A stretch of 64,000 nt of DNA. Origin: Pseudomonadota bacterium. GTDB lineage: Bacteria; Myxococcota_A; UBA796; JAFGLY01. A model generated the notes under the pieces. It had not been told where the DNA came from. It did no database searches and saw only the letters and a list, made by a program, of their open reading frames with translations. Each line of letters begins with the position of its first letter. The first letter of the stretch is position 1. Shown piece by piece: positions 62,101 through 64,000 of the stretch. The stretch is from positions 8,773 to 72,772 of the forward strand of contig JBDRKM010000267.1 of NCBI GenBank assembly GCA_043814015.1. The letters run 5' to 3'. The translations under genes and the position numbers were made by a program.

Positions 62101-63253
62101 CGCCCACGAGCACGGTCCGGTGATGGTCAGCCTGGAAGGCCGCGAGGTCCAGGTGGACGAGGACGAGATCGTGCCCGTCACCGGGCTCGGGCCGGTGCGG
62201 GTGGCGGTCACGGGCAGCCCCGAGGCCACCGTCACCCTCTCCGCTCTCGCGGTCTGTCACCCCGAGGAGCCCGAGCGCCCCCCGCTGCCCCGCTCCCTCG
62301 ATCACAACCTGCCCCAGGCCAGAGCGGTCCAGGCCACCGACCTGTGGATGCGCGAGGTGGCCACCCCGCCGGTGGTGCTGCGCGAACCCATGGGCCAGGG
62401 CGGCACCATCGGCGCCTGGGTCGTGGCCGGCGACGACGCCACCGGCATGCGGGACGCCACGGTCGACTACCGCTACGGCGGAGCGGGCGCCGGCTGGTAC
62501 CAGCGCCTGGACGGCCGCGCGCACTGGTTGTCCGTCGAGGGCTCGGGGCGCGCCAGCGTGGACGGCGCCGCCGGCGCGCTCCTGCTCGGGCAGTGGGTGC
62601 ACACCCCGGGCCCGCACCAGGTCCGGGTGCAGGCCGAGGTGGCCGGCTCCGGGGGCGCGGGCCACGCCGCGGCCCGGGCCACCTGGCGCTACCTGCGTGA
62701 GCTCAACCCCTGGTGGAGCCTGCAGCCCTACGCCCACCTGCACGCCGGCTGGTGGAGCGGCGCGCCCGCGGGCGGGGTGGATCCCGCCGCCTGGAGCACC
62801 TGGAGCGCCCAGCACGTCCTGGGCCTCGACCTCGGCGTCCATGCCGACTGGCGCCCCCTGCGCGACCTGCGGCTGCGGCTCTACACCGAGCTGGACGGCA
62901 ACCCCACCTTCACCCCGGACGGCCTGCACCTGGGCGCGCGCCTGGACGCGCTGCCCTGGCAGGGCACCTGGCTGTTGCTCGGGCCGAACCTCACCGTGCG
63001 CTTCCCCGACCCCGATCACGCGCAGGGCTACGCGCGCGCCGCCTTCGACCTCAGCCTCTCCCACGCCTGGTACCCCACCCGCGGCCGCCGCTGGGATGTG
63101 AGCGGACGCGCCACCTACTACCCCTTCGAGGGCAACGTGGAGGGCATGCTGGGGGTGGACCTGCAGCTCGGCCCGGCGCGCGGCCTGCGCGATCAATCCC
63201 CCTTCGACCAGGTCTTCACCTCGGCGCTCGATCTGCCCCTGGAGCAGGAATGA
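59192..63253 (+). CDS. Very large secreted hypothetical protein with a C-terminal beta-barrel-like segment
   Basis: ATGA overlap with the upstream gene. MIPLALLGLGAALAGQW is a signal peptide. 1353 aa. The last about 200 aa show an alternating aromatic/polar pattern (for example LGLDLGVHADWRPLRDLRLRLYTELD, AFDLSLSHAWYP, VSGRATYYPF). Confidence 0.6.
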   Translation: MIPLALLGLGAALAGQWLPEVPVQVEPGSPWLLQQAGGVRSLLQVEPAGADLQVWCDGLRIPLKEGPGATWLLPADDLSRTIELRAEEPLTLRWWRESDQGEPQAWDRWERALHRWAEEGGELPPAPGALPARELEWRARRDAMEAAGELDPELLFLAALLEVEPVRARSWADHGPRLLAMEPLAQGEVRSLELTGPGVLTLRSRARMDAQPYRRYALWVVRDGLPQGEHALFTTEDVEGHPGWGFARGVSLTLPPGEHLVQVRLSEHAESVFLSMEAEFEAARPSLQALLLGLPHARPLDKRATHGPVGAMERAWLLGDPAAMDLARQLLGGPASDLARARLVEGLPEPADAVNAWQTGRMTPLTALALARRWRDRRDVDPAFLLEVAALLPPDPALLSELADALPQGFVRPRGRAIRSLAGFRSPGTDPSRWTQLAPEGARERLRVEGVGGGLDRVRVRAGMVATIQLPEPALEGHFPVLRMEAEAPVAYRVDGALREGLGTLDEALSPGDHQVEVERGALVLMDAALVLDGGEPMRDKAVGPLPNRWLLPDPGAPGELEVVAWGPGGRLVVSTDDGQVQELETEGGPDGAPALTRAVLALGPQADALQVEGPEGVLVGVALRRNTGEEHPAVPGPWPDPIEYFHGASRAMVGQTDPRARAELRLQRAAAYHVLGLLVSAQREARAVAAMPDATPEQRAVGLALYQNTVPPVHTAEFPGPVTVDAALAWAQVPNPGADGCEDLVRIAGTLLPPVSWPVNAEASRCFLARGAAVDAWVQAAQAGPLGRVARLKAADAGDWHLVSRVDLDGGTFPRRVQRRPPEIADGLAATLQELSLGAPWGPTAYTVVRDDHLDAMGFTGEGELALALLCRDESFAVEPGPCHLPLVVDGARRDIEAPDSEVQTVTVPLGPGRHDVRIGPLEAPGQALAVYATLAGQPLPPQVQFTVHRLGSHGVRATVAGPTLLRVRAHEHGPVMVSLEGREVQVDEDEIVPVTGLGPVRVAVTGSPEATVTLSALAVCHPEEPERPPLPRSLDHNLPQARAVQATDLWMREVATPPVVLREPMGQGGTIGAWVVAGDDATGMRDATVDYRYGGAGAGWYQRLDGRAHWLSVEGSGRASVDGAAGALLLGQWVHTPGPHQVRVQAEVAGSGGAGHAAARATWRYLRELNPWWSLQPYAHLHAGWWSGAPAGGVDPAAWSTWSAQHVLGLDLGVHADWRPLRDLRLRLYTELDGNPTFTPDGLHLGARLDALPWQGTWLLLGPNLTVRFPDPDHAQGYARAAFDLSLSHAWYPTRGRRWDVSGRATYYPFEGNVEGMLGVDLQLGPARGLRDQSPFDQVFTSALDLPLEQE

Positions 63254-64000
63254 GCGGCGGGCTCCGGCCGGGAGGCGGCCCCACCACAGGCGCTGGCCAG
63301 GCGCTGGCGCAGCGCCTGCCACCCCTCGTGGGCCGCCTGCGCGGCCCCTGGATCGACGCCCTGGCCGAGCGCATGCGCACCGCCTCCCCCAGCGGCGAGC
63401 TGCCCGAGGTCGAGGCGCCCGGCGCCGACGGCGTGGCCTCCCATGGCGCCGCGCAGGCCCTGCTGGCCGATCTGCTGATCGCCGAGGGCCGCGCCAGCTT
63501 CGAGGCTCGCCGCGACGCCGAGCGCGGTCGCAGCGCCTTCCTGGGCGCGGTGCGCCGGGCCTCCGATGCGGTCGCCCTGCAGGCCCAGCTGCGCCACCAC
63601 CTGCGCACCACCCGGCGGGGCGCCGCGCTGCGGCGCGACCTGCGCGCGCTCAAGCGCTGGCTCGATGCCGACGCCCTGCTCGAGCGTATGGACTCCTCCA
63701 TCGAGGAGCTGGGCATCGAGCTGGAGCTGGTGGCGCGCCTGCTGGCGGGGCTGCCCCTGCGCGAGCAGGGGGTCGAGCTGCTGCGCGTGCTCTGCTCCGA
63801 CCCGCGCCTGCCCACCCGGCGCGCCGCCGTGGCCACCCTCGCCTCCTGGGCCGTGGCACGGGTCACGGAGGGCGGGCAGCGCGCCCTCCCCCCCGAGATC
63901 CTCCGCCAGCTCCTGCAGATCGCCCGCCAGCCCCAGGAGGACCCGATCACCTCCCGCCATGCGCTGCGGGTGTTGCTGGCCGTGGAAGCCGATGAGCAGG
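63250..64000 (+). CDS. Hypothetical helical-repeat protein, 3' end outside the window
   Basis: ATGA overlap with the upstream stop (63250-63253). The frame is open to the window end and reads MSGGLRPGGG...LAQRLPPLVGRL...RRAAVATLASWAV..., which looks HEAT-like. It is absent from the ORF track because no stop is reached. Confidence 0.5.
   Translation, partial: MSGGLRPGGGPTTGAGQALAQRLPPLVGRLRGPWIDALAERMRTASPSGELPEVEAPGADGVASHGAAQALLADLLIAEGRASFEARRDAERGRSAFLGAVRRASDAVALQAQLRHHLRTTRRGAALRRDLRALKRWLDADALLERMDSSIEELGIELELVARLLAGLPLREQGVELLRVLCSDPRLPTRRAAVATLASWAVARVTEGGQRALPPEILRQLLQIARQPQEDPITSRHALRVLLAVEADEQ

Noticed and set aside
58898-63322. 1474-aa ORF on the minus strand
   Set aside because: It is antisense to the 1353-aa secreted protein gene. 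The translation is Gly/Ala/Arg-rich with no motifs. The plus-strand gene is tied into the operon by ATGA overlaps at both ends.

Overview
High-GC bacterial chromosomal window (hand count: 44 G+C of 60 at 35041-35100). No similarity search was possible, so every call rests on reading the ORF translations for motifs, on start/stop geometry, and on hand inspection of intergenic DNA. The gene content suggests a Myxococcota-like organism, but that is inference only: a Ser/Thr kinase fused to a large ATPase/TPR-like region, a STAND-WD40 protein, MopE-type Cys-rich repeat lipoproteins, a PilZ protein and many lipobox proteins.

I support about 40 protein-coding genes and found no rRNA, tRNA or CRISPR. 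Many long ORFs in the track are antisense artefacts of the high GC content.

Gene blocks, in order:
- 1-9.4 kb: a frameshifted STAND/WD40 gene and two giant repeat lipoproteins.
- 9.7-21.5 kb: an accessory type II FAS/PKS-like lipid cluster. It has two ketosynthases, a FabZ-like dehydratase, a CrtI-family flavoenzyme, FabG, an ACP, a BAHD-like HxxxD acyltransferase and DUF2062. An NhaC operon and a 62-bp tandem repeat interrupt it.
- 21.7-25.3 kb: a PilZ protein and a DUF3857/transglutaminase-like protein.
- 25.4-26.1 kb: a decayed, repeat-rich intergenic region.
- 26.1-30.1 kb: xseA, a YdcF-like gene and two coupled radical-SAM/SPASM genes.
- 30.1-38.0 kb: a four-gene module bounded by AT-rich DNA. 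It comprises an AAA ATPase with a PD-(D/E)XK nuclease motif, an SNF2 helicase with a roughly 435-aa extra N-terminus, a coupled Zn-ribbon partner and a triple-HTH protein. It matches no named system I know.
- 38-50.5 kb: housekeeping and envelope genes (trmH, an EEP nuclease/phosphatase, def, a frameshifted kinase, a DsbA/ArsC-like/TlpA trio and a GT-C glycosyltransferase).
- 50.5-64 kb: a six-gene, largely translationally coupled operon. Its core is a protein with two tandem PgsC/CapC-like membrane modules fused to a large soluble region, next to a secreted protein with a putative metallo-amidase-like motif and two giant envelope proteins. No PgsB-type ligase is visible.

The last two loci are my best candidates for something undescribed.
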